Positions 49,693-62,475 are shown, counted from the stretch's first letter. The stretch is DNA of 64,000 bases from Squalus acanthias (GCA_030390025.1 CM059432.1:68760001-68824000), one strand, 5' to 3'. Notes: generated from the sequence alone by a model not told the origin. Numbers and translations: made by a program.

Positions 49693-51116
49693 TGGGGGTG
49701 AAATTCAATAATGCCTCTAAAGGCAGCCTGCACCTCTTAAAGGTGAGCTGCCTTCTGCTGATCAAAAATGTTAAAAGTGTTTCTGCACTAACCCAAATGG
49801 CTCAACAGGCCAGGGAAAGGGCCCCCAGGGTCCCACTTCCCCCTCATCCCACAATATCTTCTGATTTACAAACTGCACATGGTGTAAGCATGCACCTCTT
49901 GCTTAACTGCCGCCCCCCCCCTCCCCTCACCACATCCCTACCCTTGTGCCTTCCTCATTTCAGACTCCCAAGAAATCCAGCCTGCCCAGCCAGTAGTTGA
50001 TCAAGAAGAGGGAGAGGAGAGTGAAGAAGAAGAAGAAGAAACGCTGTCACTCGATTTCACACTCCCAGCCACCAGCTCCTCAAGGTCGTCCTGCAAGGCC
50101 ATCTGCAGTCTCCCCCACTGAAAGTCAGAAGGCTTTCACCAGACATGATGTAGCCGCTGGGGTAGCACTGCATAAGAGCACTAGGATAGGCATAGGCACA
50201 CGTAAGACACTCACTAAGGGAATGCACAAGGGTGATTAGTTGATTTTTTGAAGTAATATTGGATGCATATATGGATAAAGTTAGATTGGAAAGTTTGCTT
50301 TGTGGTGGCTTTTATTTCAGCCTTGTGGCCAAGAGGACGCTGGGATGGTCAGTAACAGAGGGAAGGTAAAGTGTGGGACAAATGTTGAAAGGAGAATTGG
50401 GGTTGTGTTCACTGGTACCATAGGCGGATAATTCGATCCCGGATATCCTGGTCAGAAAGGGGTTGTCCGGGTTGCCTCCTTCCTTCCGCTTCCTCCTCTC
50501 TGCTTCCTCCTCTTCTGCTTCCTCCTTTTCTGCTTCCTCCTCCTCCCCTTTGCTGCCTCTGCTCAATCTCCATGTCTGCTGCAGCGCAAGGGGGACTGCA
50601 ACTAGAGCCCCCAGGAGTGGAAGCAAGTGGTGTTCTCAGAGGCCTCCCTTTAGAGCCAAAGCTAAGGTCCAGCAGCACTCCCTGCACTCCCTTCACACTT
50701 TAACAACTTTTTAAATGTCTTACACCAAGCCTCTACTCAAATAAAATGTAAGGAACCAGTAAAAAAGCAAAAATCTAAACTTACCTCAAAGTTGCATGTG
50801 TTCTTTTAAGAAGCGCTGGTTGGGGGGTGTCTGTTGTACAGCTCGTTCAGCTGTGTGTACTTGGGAGAGGGCATTAAAGGGAGTGGCGATGTCCAAAATA
50901 GCAGGTCATGCATCAATACAATGTTGCACGCTAAATGACGTCACAATCTGACTAATTACCATATTTGCAGCAAGTGCAGGGAACAGCAGTGCTGCTGACC
51001 TGCCCAAATGGCACCCGCCACGTTCCACGCAGAAGTGGGTGGAAGCGAGGCAGCCATCATTTTATCACTGAAACCGGCCTTATCAGCCGGCACTAAGAGG
51101 CCGAATTTCATGGCCA
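49693..51116. mobile_element. Internally deleted PIF/Harbinger element with remnants of both genes
   Basis: TIRs TGGGGGTGAAATTC / TGGCCATGAAATTC (11/14) with TAG on both flanks; Myb start MAQQARERAPR on +; transposase-like termini GALVAVPLAL and IRDRIIRLWYQ* on -. Confidence 0.72.
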
Positions 51117-51974
51117 TAGGCTTTTCAACTTACTTTTCTTTTTCAACCAGTTCTGACCTTGCTCTGCATTCTCCTCTTCATCTCTTTCCGTCACGGTCCC
51201 TTTCATCTCCCCCTGTTAGAGGATAAGCTATGTTCTCTCTTACCACTGCCAGGTGCTCACTTCTCAGGGATAAACTACTTTAACCTCCTTCCCATCCCAT
51301 TCTGTCCCTCAAACCTACTGGTGGATCATCAACCACCAGCTCACTTCATACAAGACCTCAGAATGTGCACTTCCTCATGAACAAGGCCCTCACCATCCAT
51401 GACCTCATTGTGGATTATTAATACCGGGGCACTGATGGAAACCTGTCTTATAGGCTGTGATTTCTTCCCCTTCACAGAAGTGTGCTGCCTGGCCACGCAT
51501 TTCATCACTTGTGCCTTCCAAATTACAGTGATAGTGGCATAGCTCTTATCATCCATTTTTGGTTCAAAATGGATGACTTCACACTTATCTGTGTTGAAAT
51601 CCATCTGCCACAGATTTGACCACTCACTTAATCTATCAATGTCTCTTTGTAATTTTATGCTTCCTGATCATGACCATTCCCTAGTCCCCCATTCATCCTA
51701 CATTTAATATCCCATCACTGTGCAGTTTGTTTTGTCTCACCTGCTCTCTTCAAGTTCATCTCTTCCATGTAACCCACCCTTTGTTCAATCAATCTCTTCC
51801 ACACTCAACTGCTGATCAACCAATTACTTCTCTTGGTCCCAGTGCTTGCCAAAATTATTAATAGCTTCCTTTGCACAATTAGTGGCCCTTTCCTTTTCAA
51901 AGCCAATACCATCCCCCCTTAACTTGTTCATCCTCTCCTTATACTGCCCTTTCTCTACTTTTTCCTCTCTTTGT

Positions 51975-52362
51975 GTTAGCTTAGCTCAGTGGTACCACTC
52001 TCGCCTCTGAGTCAGAAGCTTTTATGTTCAAGCCCCACTCTAGGACTTCAGTACATTTCAGTGCAGTAATGCATTGTTAGAGGTACTGTCTTTCAGATGG
52101 GAACCAAAACCCCGCCTTGCTGTTCAGCTGGATATAAAAGATCCCATGGTACTTTTTCAAAGAAGAGCAGGCAGTTCCCCTGATGTCTTGGCCAACAGTC
52201 ATCCTACAACCAACATCATCAAAAAAAACAGCTTACCATTGCTATTTATGGGACTTTGCTGTGCACAATTTGGGTGCTGTGTTTGCCTACATTTACAAAA
52301 GTAATTAATTGGTTGTGAAACACTTTGGGAATCCTGAGCAGATGAAAGGTGTCATACAAACC
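51975..52362 (+). mobile_element. DeuSINE inserted in an old L2
   Basis: agctcagtggtaccactctcgcctctgagtcagaag head and aaagatcccatgg core. Confidence 0.75.
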
Positions 52363-52364
52363 CT

Positions 52365-53695
52365 TGAACACGTGGTGTATTATACCTTCTTGTCCTTCTT
52401 GACGTTCCCACTACGTTTGATGCAGTCAACCATGCCATCCTCCTCCATCACCTCTCCATTGTCCAGCTCATTAGGACTGCCGTTGCATTGCTACCTGTCC
52501 CGATGCAGCCAGCACACCCCCAGCAATGTCATCCCTTCCCATCCCCACATAGTTATACCCAGAATTTCCCATTGATCTATCCTTCCTCCTCTACATGTTG
52601 CCCCTTAGTGATATCATCTGTAGATGCAGAGTCAACTTTCATCTGTATACTAATGACACTCACCTCTACTTTTCCAGTACTTTTCTCAACCCCATGACTA
52701 CCTCTGTATTGTCAGATGGACTGTCTGAAATTTCCTCCAACTGAACATCAGGAAGATTGAAGCTATCATTTTTGTCAACTATAATCTTGCTGCTGACTCC
52801 ATCCCTCTTCCCATCTATTTGCTCAGGCTGAATCAAGCTATGCAAAACCTTGCTGTTCTGTTCAACACAAAACTGAGTTTCAAACCCTACATTTCATTCA
52901 TTGTCAAGACCTCTTACTTTCACCTCTACAATATCACCGAACTTAACCCCTACTTCAATCCTGCTGCTGCCAAAACCCTCTTCTATACTTTTGGCACCTC
53001 TAGATTCTATTTCTGCAGCATGTTCCTTGTCATCCTCCATAAACTCCAACTTGTCCAAAACTCAGCAGCCCGTATCCTGACCCACTTGTCTATCGCTCCT
53101 GTCCTTACTGACATACACTGGCTCCCTGACCTCCAATGCATTGAACTTAAAATCTTGTCTTCGTCTTCATATCCCTCCACGGCCTCAGCTAAACCCACCT
53201 CTGCAATTTCCTTTAGCCTTACATGCCCATCTACATTATTTCGGCCTCTGACTCTGGCTCTCTGACTCCTTTCCCCTTTCACCCCACCATTAACAGCAGA
53301 GCCTTCAGCTGCTTAGGCTTTACTCTTTGGAATTTGCTTCCTAAACCCTTTCACCTATCTATTCTCTCCACCTTTAAAAATCAACTTAAAAAATATTTAT
53401 TTCCGTCACTTTTCCACACTCTCCCACCATGGTTTGGCGGCCTCTATAAAGTGTCCTGAGATGTTTTCTACATTTAATTCACTGGGAGTGAAATTACTCT
53501 TTGGTGGCAGCACGGAACTAGCGATTGTGAATCGGCAGCCCATTTTATACCTGCCTGATTTTCTTTTCATTGACTTCAATAGATAAGAAAATCAGACAGG
53601 GTGTAAGATGGACTGCCGATTCTCTACCGCCGGTTTCTACCGACCAACAAAGACCAATTTCACCCCCACTATGTAAGTGCATGTTATTGTTAGAA
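52365..53695 (+). mobile_element. Old L2 LINE 3' part (further pieces at ~51300-51970)
   Basis: KLQLVQNSAARILT and HWLP in ORF 52819-53265; its tail is split by the MITE at 53484. Confidence 0.7.
53484..53667. mobile_element. Palindromic Harbinger-like MITE
   Basis: TIRs gggagtgaaatt / gggggtgaaatt; ACT TSD; arms complementary toward a central cattgacttcaat. Confidence 0.8.
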
Positions 53696-54203
53696 GGACA
53701 TTATTGAGAGATGACATAGAGGCTTATAATATAATAAACAATACGAAAAATATTCAGAAAATTATTTCAAAGTATGCTGTATGAGTTCAACAAAGGATAT
53801 CATTTCAAACTTTAATTAAAAGCACATTAGTTCTAACATTGGGAAGTTTGTCCTCACACAAAGGGTGATCGACACATGGAATAGAATTCTTGGTAGAGTA
53901 CTGCCCACAAAAACCCTGGAATCATTTAAGAAACAATTGAATGATATGATAGGTGAACTGTAGGGCGCTCTGGAAAGATAAGCTGAGATGGCCTTCCTTC
54001 ATCCATATTTATCTAGTGATCTTCCAGTTCACTTTCAGTTATTTAGGGTTTGTCTCCTAAGGCAAAGATGTCCAACCTTTTAGAGCTGGCAGGAATGAAT
54101 ACTTGAGGTAAAACCAGTGAATGGGCCGCATGACTGCACAGCATACAAGTCCCCATACTCTGAAAATTCATAAATGAAAATTGCAAGACCACATAGACAA
54201 AAA

Positions 54204-56156
54204 GGCCAGAATCTTTACCTTGGAGTCGGGTTTTGTGCGTGCAGGGCGTGTAGTGGGTCAGGAACGCAATGTTATGAGCAGCGCGTTGCTCAGAGCGACT
54301 TTAACTTAATGGCCCCAATTGAAAGACTCATTGCATTTCCCAGCCCTATTAAATGGAGTGGGTATGATGATGTCATCGATGACTCATTTCCAGTGTCGAT
54401 ATTTAAAGCAGCCTTGCACTCAACTCATTTGAAGGTTGCTAGAGGAGGGTGGAACCTGAATACAAAGGCCTGAGTCCCGTTATAAAGTAGCAAGGTTGAA
54501 TAGCCAAAGGCAGAGGGCCGCACCACGGTTTTCAGATGCATCCCTGCATACTCTGGTGGAGGCAGTGAGAGCACGCAGGGAGGTCCTGTTCCCTGCTGAT
54601 AGACGAAGGAGACCGCCACAAGAAACCAAAAGAGCCTGGCTGGATAAAGCAGAGCAGGTCAGCAGCAGGGATGTGGTCAGGAGGACCTGGATCCAGCGCA
54701 GGGAACGATTCAATGATCTCATGAGGTCAGGAAAGGTGAGTGCAATGCCACACTCACCTTCATCTTGATGTGCCTGACAACACATCCCCATCACTCTGCC
54801 TTCCCAAGCCTACTCCTGCACATTATTCCAGACACCAACATACCTTGCACGTCCACCCATCCCTCTCTCTCTATGTACATACTCACATCCCCATCTAACT
54901 AACGACTCCTCACAGTCACCCTCATCCTAATGCAATCATAGCAAGTAACACCACAGAAGGAGGCAATTTGGCAATGTCACACCACTCCCTCATAGTCACC
55001 CTCTACAGATGTAGCCCATCCATTCCTTACACTCATTCCATCACTCTCACTCAAACTTCTCTTCACTCCTTCCTTGCAGGAGAAAAGAGCCCAGAACACA
55101 CGGGAGAGACAGAGAACCGGAGGTGGCCCTCCAGTCTTGACCCAACTAACACCAGCAGAGGAGGGGGCTCTGGAGATATCGGGAGTTGGAGAGATGCTGG
55201 CGGTGGGAGATGGAGAGAGGGGGACATCCCAGCAACCTGGTGACAGAATCACATCTCATAAAGCCACATGGCATACAGCAGTCACTCATATGGTGACTGA
55301 TGTCAGCAGCCAGTGAAATGCCATCATGTGCATAATGGTAACATTACACATTCTTATTATAACACTTCTAATTCAACTCTACTCTCCCACAGGTCCATCA
55401 AGTGCCCCCCGCCACTGTCCAGCCAGAGGAGGAAGGCGACTCCTCAGAGGAATCTCCAGCCTCTGAGGGTGCACCGTCAGCAGACCCAAGCTCACCGAGC
55501 ACCAGTGCAGCTATGCACACCTTGGTGGGACCTGTGCACCATAGAGTAGAGTTGTCACCTGGTGTCTCACAATTCACAAGTGAGCAAGAGCAGATGGTGT
55601 TGACAGGGACAGCAGTGGAGACTCCTCGCCGAGGGCGCAGGACACTCCCAGCTCTGCTGAGCTGCATGCAGACGCTGAGCTTCGGGGGCCATCGAGAAAG
55701 AGGGTGATCCTGGAGGGGCAGCAACAATTGCATGAGGCTCTGGCATCTTTTGCAGCAATGATATCTGCAAATGTTCAGAGAATGAAGGAGTCCATCTCCA
55801 ACATGAGCACCACCATGTCGCAGGCGATGGCGATGATGTGCTGTTCCATGGAAAGGATGGCCACCTGCATGGAGCAGCAAATGCACCAGTCACATGAGCA
55901 CATGCTAGCTGTGGACAACAGATGGCAGGCGCTCATAGACCTCCTCTCTAGGAGGGATATAAACATAGACTTGGGCAGTCATCGCCCCACTGCTGTGCAG
56001 CAGGGTGCTCTCCAGCTCCTTGCTAGCAGGAAAGTGTGGGTGGCCCATGAGAGGGATGATGGTGAGAGGGGATATGGAAGTGGGGGCTCTTCTCAAAGCA
56101 CTTTACTGCTGCCCCACCCCCAAACCCGCACAACTGGCAACGGGAAAATTCCGGCC
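54204..56156 (+). mobile_element. Harbinger derivative carrying only the Myb/SANT gene
   Basis: Ends ggccagaatcttt / ggccggaattttc; encloses a three-exon Myb gene; no clear TSD. Confidence 0.7.
54496..56100 (+). pseudogene. Harbinger Myb/SANT-like (NAIF1/MSANTD-type) gene; exons 54496-54735, 55080-55239, 55393-~56100
   Basis: RAAPRFSDASLHTLVEAV...W...WIQRRERFNDL, gtgagt...ttgcag intron, EKRAQN...TGGG; no ATG (TTG) and frameshifts in exon 3. Confidence 0.8.
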
Positions 56157-56576
56157 ATGGAACCCCCTATACAAATGAAACCACCCAAAACACAAAAAAC
56201 TGCCTCTGCAGCCACAAAAAAGGCAGCCCACATACACACCAACAAATTCAAGCTGTCGCCTTCATCCTACTGTCCTCACTCGCTCCTTCTCCCCCATCCT
56301 AAGTCTCATCCCTTCCCTCCCTGAAGTTGGAGCATTGGAAAGCTTCAGCCTCAACTTCTTAAACATTCCAGGTTGGGGGACTGATTTTTGGAAAAAAATA
56401 GGCTGCTCCATGATTGGTCTAAATCCACCAATCAGGAAGCAGATTTTTCTCGTCCTTCAGGCAGGAAGTTTAAAGATCTGCAGCTGAACCACTCCTCCGA
56501 CCTGTGCTTCTTTTCATATTAACAGCAGAAAGCTGATTTAAATTGCAGACAATTTCAGACGTCAATAAAACTAATT

Positions 56577-57321
56577 GGGCTGGAATTCGCAGTGAGTAAT
56601 AATGGCGAACTAACAGCGTTCACCATTATTACCCCTCTAAAACTGACCGCAACTTCAGGATGTAGCGCATGCTGAATGCATACTGAAGTTGCAGTCAGTC
56701 ATTCACTGCTCAGACACTGGCTGCGCTGTGGCCCCCTCCCCCACCCCCATAGCCGGCAATCAATGTAATCAGCGAAAATACTGAAACTGACGAAAACCTG
56801 GGCTTTTCCACGGTAATATCGCTGTTAAATACCCCATTAAATGTTAAGCCTTGGTGGATTAGATGTAACTGGAGTTTTAACAGTGTATTGACTGCTAAAC
56901 AAACGTTATGGCCCTGAAAAACGAATTTTAATTTTGTGGCGTGTCAAATTTCCCTATTATGATTAAAAATGACAATTTTTAAGAAACTTAAAAGAAAATT
57001 AAGATCGCGAGATCTCTGTGGGCAACTTTCTTTGGGGCCAGCAGTGAACGTCTTTGCTTCGCACTGAGCGCAAATTCAAACACTGAACACTCAAATAAAA
57101 CCTATTAAGGCAAGCAGAGCTGTGGCTCAGTTGGTAGCACTCTTGCTTCTGAGTCAGAAGGTTGTGGGTTCCCACTCCAGGGACTTGAAACACAAAATTC
57201 TAGGCTGACACTCCAGTGCAGTACTGAGGGACTCTCAGATGGTGCTGTCTTTCAGATGAGACATTAAATCTGAGGCCCCGTAAAAGATCATGCAATTATT
57301 ACCAACAGTAATTTCTAGCCT
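56577..57321. mobile_element. Harbinger-like MITE with a nested DeuSINE 5' part (~57112-57285)
   Basis: Left TIR gggctggaatt; subterminal hairpin aataatgg...ccattatt shared with 58529; weak right TIR. Confidence 0.55.
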
Positions 57322-57721
57322 ATATTACATCTAAATTTGACAAAAAGTTTTATTTTATATTGGAAATAAAACTCATTACTTACTCACTACAATCACTAAA
57401 AAAGATGTGATGTGTAGGAACAGTGCTTGGCGCACTGAACTTTGTGCTCTCAGATGGAGGTTGCAAACTATTACACCCTTATTGATTATTAATGTCACTC
57501 CTCATTTCCTCATGGATGCTGGTTGCTCTAACATAGATGGTGCAAGCTCACTCTCTGGTTACTGTACAGTAACAAAAGGGTCTCCACCATAAGCACGTTA
57601 ACACACTGAAAGCGGAACATAATTGGGAGCTGCGTTCACATGAAAGGCCAGCAGTCCAAATCAAACCATTGTATGGTACAGTCATAATATGGGAATCTCA
57701 GTATAGCTTTTATTTTAATTA

Positions 57722-57915
57722 AAGAAAGAAAGACTTGCATTTATATAGCGTCTTTCATGACCCAAAGTGCTTTACAGCCAATGAAGTACTTTTGGAGTGT
57801 CGTCACTGTTGTAATGTAGGAAACACGGCAGCCAATTTGCGCACAGCAAGCTCCCACAAACAGCAATGTGATAATGACCAGATAATCTGTTTTTGTTATG
57901 TGGATTGAGGGATAA
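57722..57915 (-). mobile_element. DeuSINE 3' half
   Basis: aaagaaagacttgcatttatatagcg tail. Confidence 0.8.
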
Positions 57916-58528
57916 AGTGTCAAAAATAAAAAAAATAATTCTGGGGGACCATATCCCAAGACCCCCAAAAAATGAGCCTTTGGAACTCATAGACCCCTTC
58001 AGTAATTTCTAAATCCACCACTACTACAAATTGCATTTTATCTTTACTTTAGGTTTTTTTTATGTGACAAAAGTGATTGATTATTAGGTATACCTGCAAC
58101 TTTAGTTATGACTAACCCATCTCCCACTGCAGTTTCACATATTCCTTGTCTTCCCATGTCAGATGCCCTATGTTCAGGACTGTTTCTGAGCTATAGGCTT
58201 TTCAAGGGCTGTGTTACGTTTTTTGAAACTGTTGCTCAGCTTTGTTAGTTTCTCTAGGTTGGTATATACACTTTATCTTCCTATTTCATGTGGTGCAAGG
58301 ATAACTGGTCAGACTGCATGTGGGTAGGTGCAGTTCCCTCAGTCAACCCTTATTACTGGTAAACCTGGTAGGATAGCTGGAATTCTCAAATAAATTGTTG
58401 ATTGTTAGCAGCAATAGTAATGAGGCTACTGCAATAGAGTGTATTAAAGCACACTACTCCTATTAATATTGGGATGCATCTTTAATGTGTGATGGTGATG
58501 TTTCAGTGTTCCATCTAGCTGTTATATT

Positions 58529-59288
58529 GGGGCAGAATTTGCTGTCAAAATAATGGTGAGGCTCATGGTGCTTGCCATTATTTATGTGTAAATGTTATAA
58601 CAACTTCAGGCGAGGAGCAGATGTGAGGTTAAATGCGAATATCCAAAAATTGCTGTCCGAGTTGCAACGCTCCGCTGTTAGCTTTGTGAAAATGGGATTT
58701 TGCCGACTGCCTCATCAGTGACATGCATTAAATGTCATGAAGTTACTGTATTTGCCTGGTAGATAGGAACTAAACCCACCGCAGATATTTAGGGCTAGTA
58801 ATTAGTAGTGTAAGTATCCTTTTAATGATGAGATAATTGTTAAATGCTGCCAATCAACCTCTCTGGCACTGAAAATTAATTATTACATATGTGGAGTCTC
58901 ATTCCTTCAGGTTTTGAAATTTTCAGGGAGATTTAAAAATGTCAAATTTTAATGTGACATTTTTTTCCTTACTTTGCCTTTCTGTCTTTTCTCTCTCTCT
59001 TAATCCAATATTCTTTGCCTCTCTTTATTTCTCTTTCTCTACCTGATTTGACATTGAATTCATCCCCTTTAATTCACCCTCCTTCTCAGTCCTTCCTATG
59101 TTTATTTCCCAATCCTTAAATCTGATTGGTTAAGGAGATACCCTGTTGGTTGCCCTCTTCACTCAGGTCCCAGATTCCATGTTTCCCTCATTAGCAGCTC
59201 ACACTTTGGGGCAAAAATGCTTTAAGCTGAAGGGTGCAGGGGCAAGTCTAACTAACAGCAGGTGCCCTGCTACAGAAAATTCTGGCCC
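58529..59288. mobile_element. Harbinger-like MITE
   Basis: TIRs ggggcagaatttgctgt / gggccagaattttctgt; flanks att / aat. Confidence 0.7.
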
Positions 59289-59689
59289 AATATTAATTTC
59301 TGAATATTTTTGGCTGGGACATTTGTATATTTTACTATTACCAAGAATCTATATCTTTCTAGTAGTAATTATATAAAGTTGCTTCTTAGACAAGACAACT
59401 AATACCTCTTTCATACCTGACAAACCTGTTTGAAAGTTTCATGGATCATTGGTACAGCAGTGGTAGACCAGTGTAAACATGACTTGTAAAACTGATGGAT
59501 AGAATTTCTGCTGGGGTTTCCTGATCTCCTGCCTCACCTTCAGCAAAACCACAGAAAAAAACATTTACATCATTTCTCTGGGGTTTCCGCAATCTACCGG
59601 CAAAATTATTGTGGGAAATTGGGAGAATTCCCACGGAAATTCCAGGTGTGAATATATGTGAAAGCCAGGTGAAGCACTGTTTAAAAAAA

Positions 59690-60075
59690 AAAAGAACTTG
59701 CCTTTATATAGTGACTTATCACATACTAAGGGCATATTACTTTTCAAAGCGTAGTGACTGTTGTTGGTGTAGGTGGGACACTGCAAGGTCCCACAAATAG
59801 CATATGAGATAAATGACTAGTTGATTTGTTTTTGATGTGTTGGTTGGGGAGGCATGTTGGTCAAGACACTGAGAAAACTCTGCTATTTATTGAATAGTGT
59901 GATGGGATCTTTAACATCCACTGGGAAGGCAGACAGGGCCTCATCTGAAAGACAACACCTCCAACAACGCAGCACTGCATCGAAGTGTCAGATTAGATTA
60001 TGAGTTTAAATCCCTGACTGGGCCTTAAACCCTCAACCTCCTACTCACAGCTGAACTAACTGAACCAAACTGATA
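59690..60075 (-). mobile_element. Diverged DeuSINE
   Basis: Tail aagaacttgcctttatatag and core atgggatcttt. Confidence 0.65.
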
Positions 60076-61386
60076 TTATATTACAATCCTGCCATTATCA
60101 ACTCAAGTGATCAAATAGGAATAATCCTCTAATTCGAACTTTCAGCAAAATTTGTCTGATATAGGTACATATTATATTAAGAATAATTGATTAGTTGTAT
60201 GGCATATCTTAGTTTTTGGAATCCTTCCAATGTGCAGACGTATTGCATTTCTCAATTTCTCTTGTAAAAAGTTTTTTTCCTTTTGGGATTTCAAGAATCT
60301 ATGGCATGTTTATATGCTGAAAATTATCAGCTGCGACAGCTTCAATTTAATTTCCTATGTTTGTTGAGACATTTATATAAGCAATAACAGATTTCTGCTT
60401 GACTTTACAGGACTGCCAAACAGGAAAGGCTGCTGCCAGGCTGCATAGTAGGAAGTTGTTACTGGTGTGTGCCACATGATGTCAGCTCTTAAAAATCACA
60501 CTTGTGTGGCGATTGACCTCCTCTACATTTGATCTGAAGTATTTATGCTTCAGTAAATCTAAAAGGGATTTTTTAAATTCAACCATCAACATCTCAAAGA
60601 TAAAGAATTTACACAATAATCTAACTGTGTTGTCAAAATAATAATTTTAATATTATTGTCATGAGCATGTATTGTATAGACTAAAAGGAAATCAGTGATT
60701 TTCGAGTTGCTATATTTGTGGGTGTGGAGACAGTGCTGCTGGCAGTTTGGGGGAAGGGCATAATTCCTTCAGTTTGTTAATTTTTTGGTATTGTCTCCTT
60801 TAATTCACCTTAAATTTTCCAACTTTATTATCCATCATCGAGCAGGTGGCACTCACGCCACTCACCCAATCACAGCAGAGGCCTAAACCATCTTGGTGGT
60901 CGGACCTCATTAGCACATGGCTAGTGATCTGCAAGTGTTGAATGGGCGCTCTGAGGCAGCTCACCGATTGGAGAGGGTTGGAAATTGGTTGGCTTTTACA
61001 CCACACCGGCATGGATTTGGGGCGGTGTGGCATTCCTAGGGTGACTGTGCAGCAACTGGCAGTGGACCGGAATATTTTGGGGGGGCCAGGAGAAGCATTC
61101 CTGCAAAGATTATCCATTATAGTACTGGCATAATTGAACCAGGACAAGGAATGCGTTGCATGAATAAAAAGACGTAAGCAGTGTAATTTAATTGCCTTCA
61201 AGTTCCTGGGGGGAAGCCTTACTCACAGGCTGCATGAGATTTTCCAGCCATTATTTTAAACAGTTGGAAAATCATACCCACCAACCACCCAATTTCTTAC
61301 TTGTACTCCAGGCAGTCAAGGCTTCCTACTGAGAGTCCAAAGGTGTATAATTATCCCTATGTTGTATAGTTTAATTACAATTAGGA

Positions 61387-62475
61387 ACTGCATCGTTACC
61401 TCTGGTGTCCCCCAAGGATCTATCCTCGGCCCCCTCCTATTTCTCATCTACATGTTGCCTCTTGGCGACGTCATCCGAAAACATAGCATCAGTTTCCACA
61501 TGTACGTTGATGACACCCAGCTCAACCTCACTACCACTTCTCTAGACCTCTCCACAGTGTCTAAATTGTCAGACTGCTTGTCCGACATACAGTTCTGGAT
61601 GAGCAAAAATGTTCTCCAATTAAATATTGGGAAAACCAAAGCCATTGTTTTCGGTCCCCACCACAAACTCTGTTCCCGAGCCACTGACTCCATCCCTCTC
61701 CCTAACATCTGTCTAAGGCTGAACCACACTGTTTGCAACCTTGGTGTCATATTTGACCCTGAAATGAGCTTCCGACCGCATATCCGCAGCATAACAAAGA
61801 CCGCCTATTTCCACCTCCGTAACATCACCCGTCTCCACCCTTGCCTCAGCTCATCTGCTGCTGAAACCCTCATCCATGCCTTTGTTACCTCTAGACTTGA
61901 CTATTCCAATGCACTCCTGGTTGGCCTCCCACATTCCACCCTACGTAAACTTGAGGTCATCCAAAACTTGGCTGCCCGTGTCCTAACTCGCACCAAGTCC
62001 CGTTTGCCCATCACCCCTGTGCTCACTGACCTACATTGGCTCCCGGTTAAGCAGCGCCTCGATTTCAAAATTCTCATCCTTGTTTTCAAATCCCTCCATG
62101 GCCTCGCCCCTTCCTATCTCTGTAATCTCCTTCAGCCCCACAACCCCCCGAGATATCTGCGCTCCTCTAATTCTGCCCTCTTGAGGATCCCTGATTATAA
62201 TCGCTCAACCTTTGGTGGCTGTGCCTTCTGTTGGCTAGGCCCGAAGCTCTGGAATTCCCTGCCTAAACCTCTCCGCCTCGTTACCTCTCTTTCCTCCTTT
62301 AAGACACTCCTTAAAATCTACCTCTTTGACCGAGCTTTTGGTCACCTGCCCTAATTTATCCTTATGTGGATCGGTATCAAACTTTTTTTGTCTTAAAATA
62401 CTCCTGTGCAGCGCCTTGGGACGTTTTACTACGTTAAAGGCGCTATATAAATACAAGTTGTTGTTGTTGTTGTTG
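61387..62475 (+). mobile_element. 5'-truncated young L2 LINE (RT end, 3' UTR, (GTT)n tail)
   Basis: Stop-free ORF to 62354 with GVPQGSILGP, YVDD, FVTSRLDYSN and LHWLPV. Confidence 0.92.

Noticed and set aside
54062..56384. Outer hAT element enclosing the Myb-bearing Harbinger
   Set aside because: The ends (gtccaacct / aggttggg) only weakly match, and no 8-bp TSD is visible.
60080..60800. Additional exon or conserved element in unique-looking DNA
   Set aside because: No recognisable coding signal or motif cluster; conservation cannot be judged without alignments.
61359..62354. 331-aa ATG-initiated ORF as a novel gene
   Set aside because: A 5'-truncated L2 ORF2; the ATG comes by chance from flanking DNA and no promoter or splice evidence is visible.
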